Origin: Bacillota bacterium
Lineage (GTDB): Bacteria > Bacillota > Clostridia > DUPQ01
Length of the DNA stretch: 64,000 nucleotides
NCBI GenBank assembly: GCA_036743175.1
Contig: DAINQB010000002.1
Coordinates: 26,757-90,756 of the forward strand
Reading direction: 5' to 3'
A model generated the notes under the pieces. That model had not been told where the DNA came from and made no database searches. It was given only the letters and a program-made list of their open reading frames with translations. Below are positions 48,709 to 58,175 of the stretch, in pieces. The translations under genes were made by a program, and so were the position numbers. Position 1 is the stretch's first letter, and each line of letters opens with the position of its first letter.

Positions 48709-49392
48709 ATGACTCTGACAATAATCTCCCTTGCATTGATTCCGGTAATAATCCTGGTTGTTATGCTTGTCTATACTGACAGGCATAACAGGGAACCTGC
48801 AGGCCTCCTTGCGAAGGTTTTCTTATTTGGTCTGCTTGCCTCCGTTCCTGTCCTGATCATACAGGTAATACTGAACTCCGTAAGTGCTGCCACAGGTATA
48901 TACGGGATTATATTCCAGTCATTCATTGTTGCCGGACTCACGGAAGAATTTATGAAGAGGCAGGTTGTCCTGAGATTTGCATTCAGGAATCCTGCCTTTG
49001 ATGAGAAGCTTGATGGAATCATCTACTGTGCGTTTGCTGCACTTGGTTTCGCAGCGATAGAAAATGTACTTTATCTTTTCAGCTATTACCCGACCACACC
49101 TTCCGTTGCACTTTACAGGGCGGCATTTTCCGTTCCTGCGCATATGCTTTTCGGTATTACGATGGGATACTATCTTTCTCTTTCGAAATATTGCAATAAT
49201 CCGGTTCTGTGCAGAAAATACTTCAACCGCTCCCTTGTATATCCGGTCCTGATGCATGGGACTTTCAATTTTCTGCTCAGCATTAATCTGCCAATGCTAC
49301 TGGCCTTTGTCCCATTCGTCATTTTCCTATGGATATACAATATGAAAAAACTCAACAGATTCTATAAAGAATCAAGGGAGATGAGTCAGTAG
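48709..49392 (+). CDS. prsW: PrsW family intramembrane metalloprotease
   Basis: The EExxK (TEEFMKR), FxxxH and HxxxN (HGTFN) motifs are present across multiple TM helices. Confidence 0.8.
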   Translation: MTLTIISLALIPVIILVVMLVYTDRHNREPAGLLAKVFLFGLLASVPVLIIQVILNSVSAATGIYGIIFQSFIVAGLTEEFMKRQVVLRFAFRNPAFDEKLDGIIYCAFAALGFAAIENVLYLFSYYPTTPSVALYRAAFSVPAHMLFGITMGYYLSLSKYCNNPVLCRKYFNRSLVYPVLMHGTFNFLLSINLPMLLAFVPFVIFLWIYNMKKLNRFYKESREMSQ

Positions 49393-50420
49393 GCAGCCGC
49401 AATCATTGCCATGTAATTTTCAAAGGGAACATATTCAGGGATACTGTTTCCTGAACCCAGTGCATATCCCTTTGGAGATGATTCAACCATCCTCCTGCTT
49501 CTTTCATGTACCTCGTCGGGTGTCGCCCTGCAGACGAAGTCGAGGTCTATGCCCCCAAGAACTGAAATTCTGTTCTTATACTTGGGGTAAAATTTCTCAA
49601 CAGGCATTATATTGTCTTCATATGAATGTTTTGCATCATATCCTACATTGATTATGTCATCCATCAGGTTCTCGAGATTGCCGCAGGAATGAAGTATAGC
49701 AGGTTTTCCCGCTTCATGGATTACTTTTACTATTTCCCTGTGCCAGGGTATTACAAATTTTCTCATGTGTTCAAGCGACATCATCGGCTGAGTGTTGAAT
49801 CCCCAGTCATCATTTGAGATTACTGCGGCAACATCCTCTCTGGGAGAAACAATCCTATAATAGTCCACAAGGGTTTGTCCGACTTTTTCAAATATATCAT
49901 GTACCAGGGTTTCATCATCGTAGACTGCATAGCAGAGGTTGTCGTAACCCATCAGTGATATTACATTTTCCAATACCCCTCCGGGTCCATAGGGTATTAT
50001 CTTCATTCCGGCCGGCAGTCTCTGTCCGACATAATCAAGTCTTCCATAGTCAAAGCCACCGGCCACCGGCCAGTTGAATGCATCAAATGAATTCCTGTCC
50101 TTTACAACAACCGCATCATTGAGTGATTTGGTCTTGATGCTGTGGGGATCGTTTGGATTGAATACCAAATCACAGGCCAGGATGGTTATATAGTCATAGC
50201 CTGCGGTTTCATAGGCCAGGGTTCTTTCCATATAGTATTCATTGATATCATTGAACTGCAACCGGTCTTTCTGAAGCAGGAATGCATACAGGGGGTCGTT
50301 CAAAAAGAACTCAAAGAGAGTTGGTCTTGACAGCGCACCTCCTTCAAGAACCTTAAGGAGGTTCCTGTAATCCGGTCTTCTGTTTATTCTTCTGACATCA
50401 TATTTCATAAATGAATACAA
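49386..50420 (-). CDS. uroporphyrinogen decarboxylase (URO-D) family protein
   Basis: A URO-D-like TIM-barrel protein of 344 aa. It is the second paralogue in the window. Confidence 0.65.
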   Translation of the reverse strand: MYSFMKYDVRRINRRPDYRNLLKVLEGGALSRPTLFEFFLNDPLYAFLLQKDRLQFNDINEYYMERTLAYETAGYDYITILACDLVFNPNDPHSIKTKSLNDAVVVKDRNSFDAFNWPVAGGFDYGRLDYVGQRLPAGMKIIPYGPGGVLENVISLMGYDNLCYAVYDDETLVHDIFEKVGQTLVDYYRIVSPREDVAAVISNDDWGFNTQPMMSLEHMRKFVIPWHREIVKVIHEAGKPAILHSCGNLENLMDDIINVGYDAKHSYEDNIMPVEKFYPKYKNRISVLGGIDLDFVCRATPDEVHERSRRMVESSPKGYALGSGNSIPEYVPFENYMAMIAAAY

Positions 50421-50461
50421 AAAAAGAGCCTTCGTTATGAAAGCTCTTCATCAGTCAATCC

Positions 50462-50794
50462 TTAAAAAATCCTTGATATGAATTTAATCAAATCATTGTC
50501 ACATGCGTTCTCAACAAAGTTCTCATCATCGGTATCATAAGCAAACAATACTATTGTGTAACCAAGTGTGATGAGTCCTTCCCAATAATGCATGCAATCC
50601 TTCTTTGAAAACTTGGTTTTCTTGATGAATTTCGCCAAGCCGTTGAGGTCTGCGCATGAAGCTATAACGCCATCAAAGAAATCCTTGTATGCCGAAGCTT
50701 CCTTGGGCATCAGCTTCTTACCTTCAGTTATAACTTTAACTGTATTATCATAATCTTTGACTGCTACAACATATCTATTCTTTTTCTTTGCCAT
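50462..50794 (-). CDS. hypothetical protein
   Basis: The start was chosen at MAKKKNRYVV, which has a GGGGGA RBS. No recognisable motif. Confidence 0.4.
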   Translation of the reverse strand: MAKKKNRYVVAVKDYDNTVKVITEGKKLMPKEASAYKDFFDGVIASCADLNGLAKFIKKTKFSKKDCMHYWEGLITLGYTIVLFAYDTDDENFVENACDNDLIKFISRIF

Positions 50795-50929
50795 TGGAAA
50801 TCCCCCAATCAAGTTGTTTTATTCTATAACATTATAACATACTGTGTATTTCTTTCCATATCTATTTATCTAAAATTTCCACTGCCTTTTTGTGGAAAGT
50901 ATACATACCCGGCAGTTACAGGTATATTT

Positions 50930-53152
50930 TCAGCCGCACTTTGAATAACCGCAGTTTCTGCATATGATACAACCGCCCTCGTGTTCAACGGAACTTCCGC
51001 ACTCGGGACACGCAATTGCACCTTCAATGAACTCTTCTGTCTGCGTTTCGCCAACGGTCAGATCCACTTCATCGACAATATCACTGCGATTCATCCGGTC
51101 AACCTTCTCTATGAGCCTGCCGATGGCATCAGGGCACGAAAGTACCTTCATGTCCTTTTGTTTTATGGTAGACGGACATCTGATTCCTTTCAACTGCTCT
51201 ACTATTGCCTTGGTGTCAACACCGGATCGAAGTGCAATTGATACAAGCCTGCTGGTTGCCTCAGACTGGGAAGGACACCCCCCGTTCCTGCCTGTATTGG
51301 TGAAAACTTCACAGATCTTTCCGTTTTCATCATAATTGACTGTTATGTAAAGGTTTCCGCAACCAATCTTCACTTTCTGGGTAAATCCTGTTGTAACCTC
51401 CGGCCTCTCCCTTGGAGTCAGTTTTTTCCCTGTTTCCCGTGCATTCCCGACTCCGCTGATGTTGAGTACCTGATACTCCCTGCTTCCGTCACGATAAAGG
51501 GTTACCCCTTTGCAACCAAGTGAATACGCCTTCATGAACACTTCACTTACATCATCAATGGTCGCCTCATTTCTAAGGTTCACGGTCTTTGAAACTGCGT
51601 TATCCGTATACTCCTGGAACACTGCCTGCATCTTGATATGCCATTCAGGGCTTATGTCATGGGCAGTAACGAATATCCTTTTGGTTTCATCGTCGATTTC
51701 ATCCATATCGGCGACAGTCCCTTTCAAGGCAATGTCCCTTATTAGACCGGGTGAGTAAAGGTTTGTCTTTCTAAGATGATCTTCAAGCACGGAATTTGCT
51801 TCAACCATCTCATCACCATCCATTGTGTTCCTAATATAGGACAGTCCAAAGACAGGTTCAACCCCGCTTGATACTCCCGCAATGATACTAAGCGTTCCTG
51901 TCGGAGCAATTGTTGTCGTCGTTGCATTTCTAATAAGTATGTCCTGGTCCTTGAATATACTCTTTTCGTAATATGGAAAAACACCTTTTATCTGTGCCAG
52001 GTTCATGGATGCCCTCTTTGATTCTCCATCCAGGAATTTCATAAGGTTTCTTCCCAGCTCAAGAGCTTCCTGTGAATCATATGCAATCTGCATTGTAAGC
52101 AAGGCATCAGCCCACCCCATGACTCCGAGTCCAATTTTCCTTGTGGAGCGGGTCCTTTCAGTTATCATCGGATGAGGATACATACTTACATCGATTACAT
52201 TATCAAGGAAGTGTACTGCCTTTTTGATTGTGTCCCTTAGTTTTTCATAATCAAATGCCGTTTTATCCCCGTTCAGCATCTGCATGAGATTGATTGAACC
52301 AAGGTTGCACGACTCATATGGAAGAAGGGGCTGTTCTCCGCAGGGATTCGTGCTTTCGATGTCCCCTGCCCCGGGAACTGTATTTGTCCTGTTGATCCTG
52401 TCAAGGAATATTATTCCGGGTTCTCCGTTTTTCCATGCGTTGCTGACAATCAGGTTGAATATTTCCCTGGCATTCTCCCTTTTGACCACACGCCTGCTCT
52501 TGGGATGTATCAACTCATATTCCCCGTTGTTTTCAACTGCTTCCATGAACTCTTCAGTGACCCCGACACTGATATTGAAATTTGTAATTTCACTGTTATC
52601 CTGCTTGCAGGTTATGAACTCCCTGATGTCAGGATGGTCGACTCTGAGGATACCCATGTTTGCGCCTCTTCTTGTTCCACCCTGCTTAATTGCTTCCGTA
52701 GCGGAATTGAAAACCTTCATGAAACTTATGGGTCCGCTGGCAACCCCACTGGTTGATCTTACCATTGACCCTGCCGGCCTGATATTAGAAAAGCTGAAAC
52801 CGGTACCTCCGCCGCTTTTGTGAATCAATGCAGCATTCTTTATAGCTTCAAATATTGCTTCCATTGAATCATCGATTGGAAGGACGAAGCATGCTGCAAG
52901 CTGTCCAAGGGGCGTACCGGCATTCAAAAGTGTAGGTGAATTTGGGAGAAACTCGAGTTTTGTCATCATTTGATAAAAGTCATTCTCGGTTTTGGCGACT
53001 TCATCACGACCGAAATATTTCAGATCTGCCTCGGCAATGGCATGGGCAACCCTCCTGAACATTTCATCGGGCGTTTCCATTATGTTGCCAAACTCATCCC
53101 TGGCAAGATATCTTTTTTCCAAAACTTTTACTGCATTTTCGGACAGAATCAT
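50930..53152 (-). CDS. nrdJ: adenosylcobalamin-dependent ribonucleotide reductase (class II, NrdJ) with C-terminal zinc ribbon
   Basis: A 740-aa RNR alpha-like protein with the C-terminal CPECG...CRNCG ribbon typical of class II RNRs. The RBS is GGTGGAGG. Confidence 0.9.
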   Translation of the reverse strand: MILSENAVKVLEKRYLARDEFGNIMETPDEMFRRVAHAIAEADLKYFGRDEVAKTENDFYQMMTKLEFLPNSPTLLNAGTPLGQLAACFVLPIDDSMEAIFEAIKNAALIHKSGGGTGFSFSNIRPAGSMVRSTSGVASGPISFMKVFNSATEAIKQGGTRRGANMGILRVDHPDIREFITCKQDNSEITNFNISVGVTEEFMEAVENNGEYELIHPKSRRVVKRENAREIFNLIVSNAWKNGEPGIIFLDRINRTNTVPGAGDIESTNPCGEQPLLPYESCNLGSINLMQMLNGDKTAFDYEKLRDTIKKAVHFLDNVIDVSMYPHPMITERTRSTRKIGLGVMGWADALLTMQIAYDSQEALELGRNLMKFLDGESKRASMNLAQIKGVFPYYEKSIFKDQDILIRNATTTTIAPTGTLSIIAGVSSGVEPVFGLSYIRNTMDGDEMVEANSVLEDHLRKTNLYSPGLIRDIALKGTVADMDEIDDETKRIFVTAHDISPEWHIKMQAVFQEYTDNAVSKTVNLRNEATIDDVSEVFMKAYSLGCKGVTLYRDGSREYQVLNISGVGNARETGKKLTPRERPEVTTGFTQKVKIGCGNLYITVNYDENGKICEVFTNTGRNGGCPSQSEATSRLVSIALRSGVDTKAIVEQLKGIRCPSTIKQKDMKVLSCPDAIGRLIEKVDRMNRSDIVDEVDLTVGETQTEEFIEGAIACPECGSSVEHEGGCIICRNCGYSKCG

Positions 53153-53193
53153 GATTCCTCCACCTTGTTCCCTTTATGTGCTGTGTATAGTAA

Positions 53194-53221
53194 ATTGTAT
53201 CACCGGCAGTACATAAGTCAA
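53194..53221 (-). promoter_or_regulatory. sigma70-like promoter (TTGACT-N16-TACAAT) for nrdJ
   Basis: Read on the minus strand: TTGACT at 53221-53216 and TACAAT at 53199-53194. The UTR is about 35 nt. Confidence 0.5.
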
Positions 53222-53237
53222 ATTTATCTACCATCCT

Positions 53238-53286
53238 AATAATTACCTGTCAGGAAAATATTTTCCTGACAGGTAATTATTTAGTC
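53238..53286. repeat. palindrome/tandem array, copy b: a 44-bp perfect palindrome centred on AGGAAAATATTTTCCT plus one degenerate 19-bp-period unit
   Basis: Positions 53238-53281 form the perfect palindrome AATAATTACCTGTCAGGAAAATATTTTCCTGACAGGTAATTATT. A degenerate unit AGGTAATTATTTAGTC lies at 53271. Confidence 0.8.
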
Positions 53287-53289
53287 GGG

Positions 53290-53323
53290 TAAAAAAGGAT
53301 GCCGGTTCTATATTCCGGCATCC
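53290..53323 (-). terminator. intrinsic terminator of the secreted-protein gene
   Basis: A GGATGCCGG...CCGGCATCC hairpin is followed by TTTTTT on the minus strand. Confidence 0.7.
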
Positions 53324-53355
53324 CAATAGTGTTATGATCTGTGGCATTCAGATTT

Positions 53356-54015
53356 TTAATTACCGTCGGTTTCCCTGTCAACACCAGGGAATCTTCCACG
53401 CGGGCCACCAAACGAATCCATGTCACAGCCTGCAAAGGGAACTCTTCCACCCATCATGAACCCTGCGGTTCCTTCAGGCAGTTCTCCATTATCAATTTTT
53501 TCCTGAACAAGTGCTTCATGGAAATCCCTTATCTCAACCATCGCCGCTTCCAGGGCAGCTCTGGTCTCTTCATCTGCATCCCTGACAAGCAACCAGAATC
53601 CCATCGGTCTGTCATCCAATGCTTCCACTTCTTCCTGGGTAATGTAGCCTTCGATTACAAGTCCTGCGACCACTTCATCAACCTTGGCTTCCATAGCTTC
53701 GTGTATTTCTTCTGCAACAGCCCTTGCCTGTGCTAATGCTTCCTCATCAAATTCAGGTCTGGTTCCTCGTGGAAGACCACCCATTCTGCCGGGGCTACAG
53801 AAACCATCTTCATCTCTGTCACCTTTTATTGCATCCCACACCTTGCTGAAGATACCCGCTTCATCTGCAGTTATTGTTCCATCTTCTACCTTTTCTTCGA
53901 GAACTCTGCTGAAGGGATTAACCCACTGTCCGTCTGCAGTTGCGGCAAGCGCGATTGAACCTCCCAATGCAAATACTGCTATCAATGAAATTATAATAAT
54001 TACTTTTTTCTTCAT
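53356..54015 (-). CDS. secreted acidic protein, hypothetical (signal peptide). It is GC-rich relative to its neighbours.
   Basis: The signal peptide is MKKKVIIIISLIAVFALGGSIALAA, and the mature part is rich in Glu, Asp and Ala. It lies downstream of the histidine kinase and response regulator in the same orientation. Confidence 0.55.
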   Translation of the reverse strand: MKKKVIIIISLIAVFALGGSIALAATADGQWVNPFSRVLEEKVEDGTITADEAGIFSKVWDAIKGDRDEDGFCSPGRMGGLPRGTRPEFDEEALAQARAVAEEIHEAMEAKVDEVVAGLVIEGYITQEEVEALDDRPMGFWLLVRDADEETRAALEAAMVEIRDFHEALVQEKIDNGELPEGTAGFMMGGRVPFAGCDMDSFGGPRGRFPGVDRETDGN

Positions 54016-54069
54016 AAAAACCTCCTTATACGAATACTATATATATCATTTGTGGAGATTTTATGCAGA

Positions 54070-55401
54070 TTACAGATATTTTTTGGGGAAAGTTATGGTA
54101 ATCCTGGATCCTTCACCTTTCTTGCTTTCCACCTTGATGTCCCCGCCATGGGCTCCCATTACAGCCTTGGCTATGGACAACCCTATACCGGCTCCTCCGG
54201 TCTCCCTGCTCCTGGATTCATCTCCCCTGTAGAATCTGTTGAATATAAACGGCAGATCCTTTTCATCTATTCCAATACCTGTGTCTTCCACTACGCAAAC
54301 CGATTCATTTGGCCGGTCATAAAGACCAATCGTTATTGTCCCCCCTGTGTCTGTGTACTTGAATGCATTGGATAAGACATTTACAAATACCTGAAGCAGC
54401 CTGTCCTTGTTACCCGATATATGGCTGTCCGCTTCTATATTTTTTATGAAAGCAATATTCCTGTCATCTGCAACCGGTGCATAAACCATATAAAGGCTTT
54501 CGATTATTTCGGAAAGACTGACATCCTCAAATTTCATGTTCGCATAATCCGTTTCCAACAGTGTCAGGTCGGATAAATTGTTTACAAGACGTGTCAGTCT
54601 GTTGATCTGATCCAGCAGCACTGACATACGTTCATCGTCAGCCTTGTATATTCCATCCAGTATGGCTTCAATGTTGGTAGACAGAACCGCAATGGGTGTC
54701 TTTAGTTCGTGTACTATATCGTTGGACAAACGCTTTCTCATTTCCTCTTCGCGTTCCATCTGTCCTGCAAGCCTGTCAATGTCATCAGAGAGCTCCTTCA
54801 GCTCTCTTGCCCTGGAATCGGGCTTGGTCATTTTGTCAAATCTGTTCATTGCTATGTTGTTTACATTGTCCTTCAGCTGCATGATCGGTCTGTTGAATCT
54901 TCCGGAGAGCACGAATGCAGTGAATGTTGCAATCAGCATTGATATTACAAAGAGTACAGCATACATTATGTTGAGGGTTCTTACAAATTCAGCGTTACCG
55001 ATGTCATAAAGAGGGTCCTTTGCCCTTCCTATTATCAATGTATAGTCACCGATGTTATATTCAAGATTGACATACTCCGGCGAAGTGCCATCATCAGATT
55101 CTGATTGTATGACATTGGATTTGAAAATAACATCATCATCCTTTGAAAAAAGAATGTTTACCTCCTGCTGCCTGGACAGCATACCAAGGACCATGGGATA
55201 TGCATTCTGCGGGAAGTCTTCATCCAGAACCATGACCTCAACGACCTCCACTATTCTTTCATTCCTTTCAATATTGGATGCCTTTATAAACTCACGGAAG
55301 AATATCGAGGCACCGAAATTGGATACAAGTGTTGTAAGCAACAGCACTATCGCAACTGTTACAATGAAATATCTTGCAAACAATTTGTTCAGACTGGTCA
55401 T
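54070..55401 (-). CDS. sensor histidine kinase (two TM, HAMP, HisKA, HATPase_c)
   Basis: The H-box is VHELKTPIAV, followed by N, G1 and G2 boxes (GGAGIGLSIAK). Confidence 0.9.
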   Translation of the reverse strand: MTSLNKLFARYFIVTVAIVLLLTTLVSNFGASIFFREFIKASNIERNERIVEVVEVMVLDEDFPQNAYPMVLGMLSRQQEVNILFSKDDDVIFKSNVIQSESDDGTSPEYVNLEYNIGDYTLIIGRAKDPLYDIGNAEFVRTLNIMYAVLFVISMLIATFTAFVLSGRFNRPIMQLKDNVNNIAMNRFDKMTKPDSRARELKELSDDIDRLAGQMEREEEMRKRLSNDIVHELKTPIAVLSTNIEAILDGIYKADDERMSVLLDQINRLTRLVNNLSDLTLLETDYANMKFEDVSLSEIIESLYMVYAPVADDRNIAFIKNIEADSHISGNKDRLLQVFVNVLSNAFKYTDTGGTITIGLYDRPNESVCVVEDTGIGIDEKDLPFIFNRFYRGDESRSRETGGAGIGLSIAKAVMGAHGGDIKVESKKGEGSRITITFPKKYL

Positions 55402-56078
55402 TGTTCCTCCACGTATTTGTATCCAACACCAAATACAGTCCTTATGAACTCAGGTCTAGAAGGATCTGTTTCCACCTTCTGCCTTATGTTCTTTATATGG
55501 GAATCTATGGTTCTGCTCATTCCTTCATACTCATAACCAAGGGCATAAGTGATAAGCTGTTCCCGTGTATATGTCCTTCCCGGATTCCTGTACATGGTTG
55601 AAAGAATCTTGAACTCAATGGGAGTAAGGTCAATGGCCCTTCCCTCTTTTTTTACAGTGTAAAGGTTCTCATCAATCTCAATTCTTTTAGATGTATGTCT
55701 TTCTGGTGACTGGGATGTGCCTGCCCTTCTGAATATTGCCTTAACCCTGGCAACAAGTTCCTTGGGACTGAATGGTTTGGTCATATAATCATCAGCTCCC
55801 ATTTCAAGTCCGCTTATTTTTGAGTCCTCACCGCTTTTTGACGTCAGCATGATTATTGGAGTGTTATGGTTTTCCCGTATTACATTGCATACCTTCTCAC
55901 CCGGTATGTCGGGGAGCATCAGATCAAGTACAACAAGATCCGGCTTTTCATCATGAAAAACCTTGACGGCAGTAACCCCGTCACCTGCCTGGAGAACCTT
56001 GAAACCTTCTTTTTCAAGATAAAGGGAAGCAACTTCCCTGAGTTCCCTCTCATCATCTACCACTAGTATCTTGGTCAT
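55398..56078 (-). CDS. OmpR-family response regulator
   Basis: The receiver domain has the conserved Asp in VLDLMLPD, and the C-terminal domain is a winged helix. The start was chosen at MTKILVVDDE, which has an AGGAAG RBS. Confidence 0.9.
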   Translation of the reverse strand: MTKILVVDDERELREVASLYLEKEGFKVLQAGDGVTAVKVFHDEKPDLVVLDLMLPDIPGEKVCNVIRENHNTPIIMLTSKSGEDSKISGLEMGADDYMTKPFSPKELVARVKAIFRRAGTSQSPERHTSKRIEIDENLYTVKKEGRAIDLTPIEFKILSTMYRNPGRTYTREQLITYALGYEYEGMSRTIDSHIKNIRQKVETDPSRPEFIRTVFGVGYKYVEEQ

Positions 56079-56146
56079 AACATCACAACTTCCTGTTTGC
56101 ATCCACTGTTATTTTATCACTTGAATGAGGAATTTTTCAGTCCTAA

Positions 56147-58048
56147 TCATAGAACAGGCTTCTTGCTTCTGATGACTTCCCTCACATTATCTTCATACTG
56201 ACAGTAAAGCCTTCCCTTTTGATCAAATTCAAGGAGATTGACCAGTTTTTCCTCCAGCTGTTCGAATATCATTTCATCGGGGTCAAAACTGAACAGCTTA
56301 TTGGCTGTGACTATATAATACAGCCTGCCCGGACCTTTTCTTATAAACGAGACTTCCCATTTATAATCCTTTGACCTATTGAACTCAGCTAGTTTTTTCG
56401 TATATTCAACCGCTCCGGTTTGACTGTCCATTATGAAGAATGTGCTGTCTGCACAACCAAGCATCCTGCCGTCAGGCATCATGCAAAGTCCCCCTGCATT
56501 CTTGCAGCCCCTGACAGGCTCAACTTCGTAAATATATCTGTCATTTACTGTGTCAAAGGCAAAGACCGTACCGCTTTCATGCTTTGTATAACTGCCCAGT
56601 CCACCGCATACGGTTGTACCTCCGTAAAGAATTCCATCTTTGAATTCAAAGGAAACGATGCTTCTGGAATCCGAAAAGTCCTTTCTTACTGTATGTTCCT
56701 CACTGTTGATATCATAAACGGTAAGGGCTCCCTGCACATCCCCATAGTTGGGAATTGTTCCGATGTACAGTTTTTCATCGAAGACCTTCAGTGCAAAGGG
56801 CCTGTCCTGGTTTGCAGAGGTTTTCAAGTTGAATAGTTCCCTGGGATTACCCGGCATATCCCATGGTTCAGCGGGATCAAATTCATATATATATGCTCCG
56901 GGATATTTGCCGAAGTATACTTTTCCACAACCCGATGTTATGCCCTCACTCTGTCCGACTCCGTCATATTGGACTCCCGTATCAGTCTCAGGGTCATAGA
57001 TACAGATTCCACCACGAAGATATCCGCTGGCGTATATTTTACCTGACTCATGAAGATGAAGCTGTCGGATTTCGATTGATTTCCTCGGGATCTCAACATC
57101 AATAACTGATTTTTCATCAGTCCTTGAATTGTAAAGGTATATATAGCCTTCGAAACTGCTCACAAGTATAGATTCACCATCTGAATAAGGCCATATCCCC
57201 ATTATCACATCATCAAGATTGCTTATGAAATGATAAATTTGACGGTTTTCAGGGTCCACGGCATATCCGCCGTTCCTGCTTCCAATGATGAGCCTGTTCA
57301 GGTCAACACCCTTCGGAAGTATTTCCTCATGCTCACCAGGACATTTTATCCTGTCAACGATTTCACCGCTGTCCAGGTCAATGGCAATCATTTCCGATGA
57401 AAGGGACATATACGTATAAAGGGAATTATCGTGGAATCCAAATATTCTTGCAAAAGGCTCACGGCTGTATTCCAAAGGGAATATGTCTTTTACCGGACCT
57501 TCACCCTCCCTGTATTCAATTATATGACTATGGGATGATATGCTGGTATAGATGCTTTTACGCTCACGGTTATAAAGGACCAGCCTGACATAGTCTTCAG
57601 TCGGAACAATCTTTTCATCATAAAAGTCCAGACATTCATTGTTACCATTGTATTTGAATACAGCACAGTTGGGCCATGTGCCACCATAGACATTGTTTTC
57701 ATCATCTGCATCCAGGCTGAATATGAACTTTGCATTGGGCATGCTTTCAAAAAGGGTTTCGATTTTCTCTTCTACCGGGTTGAATCTATACAGCCCGCCA
57801 TTGACATAAGATCCAAAATAAATCCTGCCGTCGCTGGCTTCGCAGACACCCCATGATCCCGTAGCTCCAGGAGCATCCCCCCTGAACAGAATCTCTTTTC
57901 TATCCAGGCTTATGACCACGAAGGTCGCACACTCACCCTCAGCCAGAACACCATAGATTCTGTTATCACCCTTGTATACAGAATAACAGACTCCCTGCAT
58001 CAGGGTTTTCCTTACATTTACTGCCGTCTTTTCAAATTCAATCATCAC
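56147..58048 (-). CDS. beta-propeller repeat protein, hypothetical. It uses a GTG start.
   Basis: The 633-aa protein has recurring Y/W-rich blade-like segments (IYFGSY, VYGGTW, IYHF, LYIGT). It has a GGAAGGCGGAG RBS and a GTG/ATG start. Confidence 0.45.
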   Translation of the reverse strand: MMIEFEKTAVNVRKTLMQGVCYSVYKGDNRIYGVLAEGECATFVVISLDRKEILFRGDAPGATGSWGVCEASDGRIYFGSYVNGGLYRFNPVEEKIETLFESMPNAKFIFSLDADDENNVYGGTWPNCAVFKYNGNNECLDFYDEKIVPTEDYVRLVLYNRERKSIYTSISSHSHIIEYREGEGPVKDIFPLEYSREPFARIFGFHDNSLYTYMSLSSEMIAIDLDSGEIVDRIKCPGEHEEILPKGVDLNRLIIGSRNGGYAVDPENRQIYHFISNLDDVIMGIWPYSDGESILVSSFEGYIYLYNSRTDEKSVIDVEIPRKSIEIRQLHLHESGKIYASGYLRGGICIYDPETDTGVQYDGVGQSEGITSGCGKVYFGKYPGAYIYEFDPAEPWDMPGNPRELFNLKTSANQDRPFALKVFDEKLYIGTIPNYGDVQGALTVYDINSEEHTVRKDFSDSRSIVSFEFKDGILYGGTTVCGGLGSYTKHESGTVFAFDTVNDRYIYEVEPVRGCKNAGGLCMMPDGRMLGCADSTFFIMDSQTGAVEYTKKLAEFNRSKDYKWEVSFIRKGPGRLYYIVTANKLFSFDPDEMIFEQLEEKLVNLLEFDQKGRLYCQYEDNVREVIRSKKPVL

Positions 58049-58066
58049 TCCGCCTTCCGATAATCA

Positions 58067-58126
58067 CCTCTCAGGAAAATATTTTCCTGAGAGGAGAATA
58101 TTTTCCTCTGAGGTGAATATTCTCCT
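58067..58126. repeat. palindrome/tandem array, copy c: a 28-bp perfect palindrome followed by three 19-bp-period units
   Basis: Positions 58067-58094 form the perfect palindrome CCTCTCAGGAAAATATTTTCCTGAGAGG. Units lie at 58073, 58092 and 58111: AGGAAAATATTTTCCT, AGGAGAATATTTTCCT and AGGTGAATATTCTCCT. Confidence 0.8.
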
Positions 58127-58143
58127 CTGATGTAATTATTCCG

Positions 58144-58171
58144 AAAAAAACAACCCCGGTTTCCCGGGGTT
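58144..58171 (-). terminator. intrinsic terminator of kdgK
   Basis: A CCCCGG-TTTC-CCGGGG hairpin is followed by TTGTTTTTTT on the minus strand. Confidence 0.7.
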
Positions 58172-58175
58172 CTGG

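Noticed and set aside
53684-54232. 182-aa plus-strand ORF
   Set aside because: It is an antisense shadow of the GC-rich secreted-protein gene and the start of the histidine kinase gene. High GC suppresses stop codons on the opposite strand.
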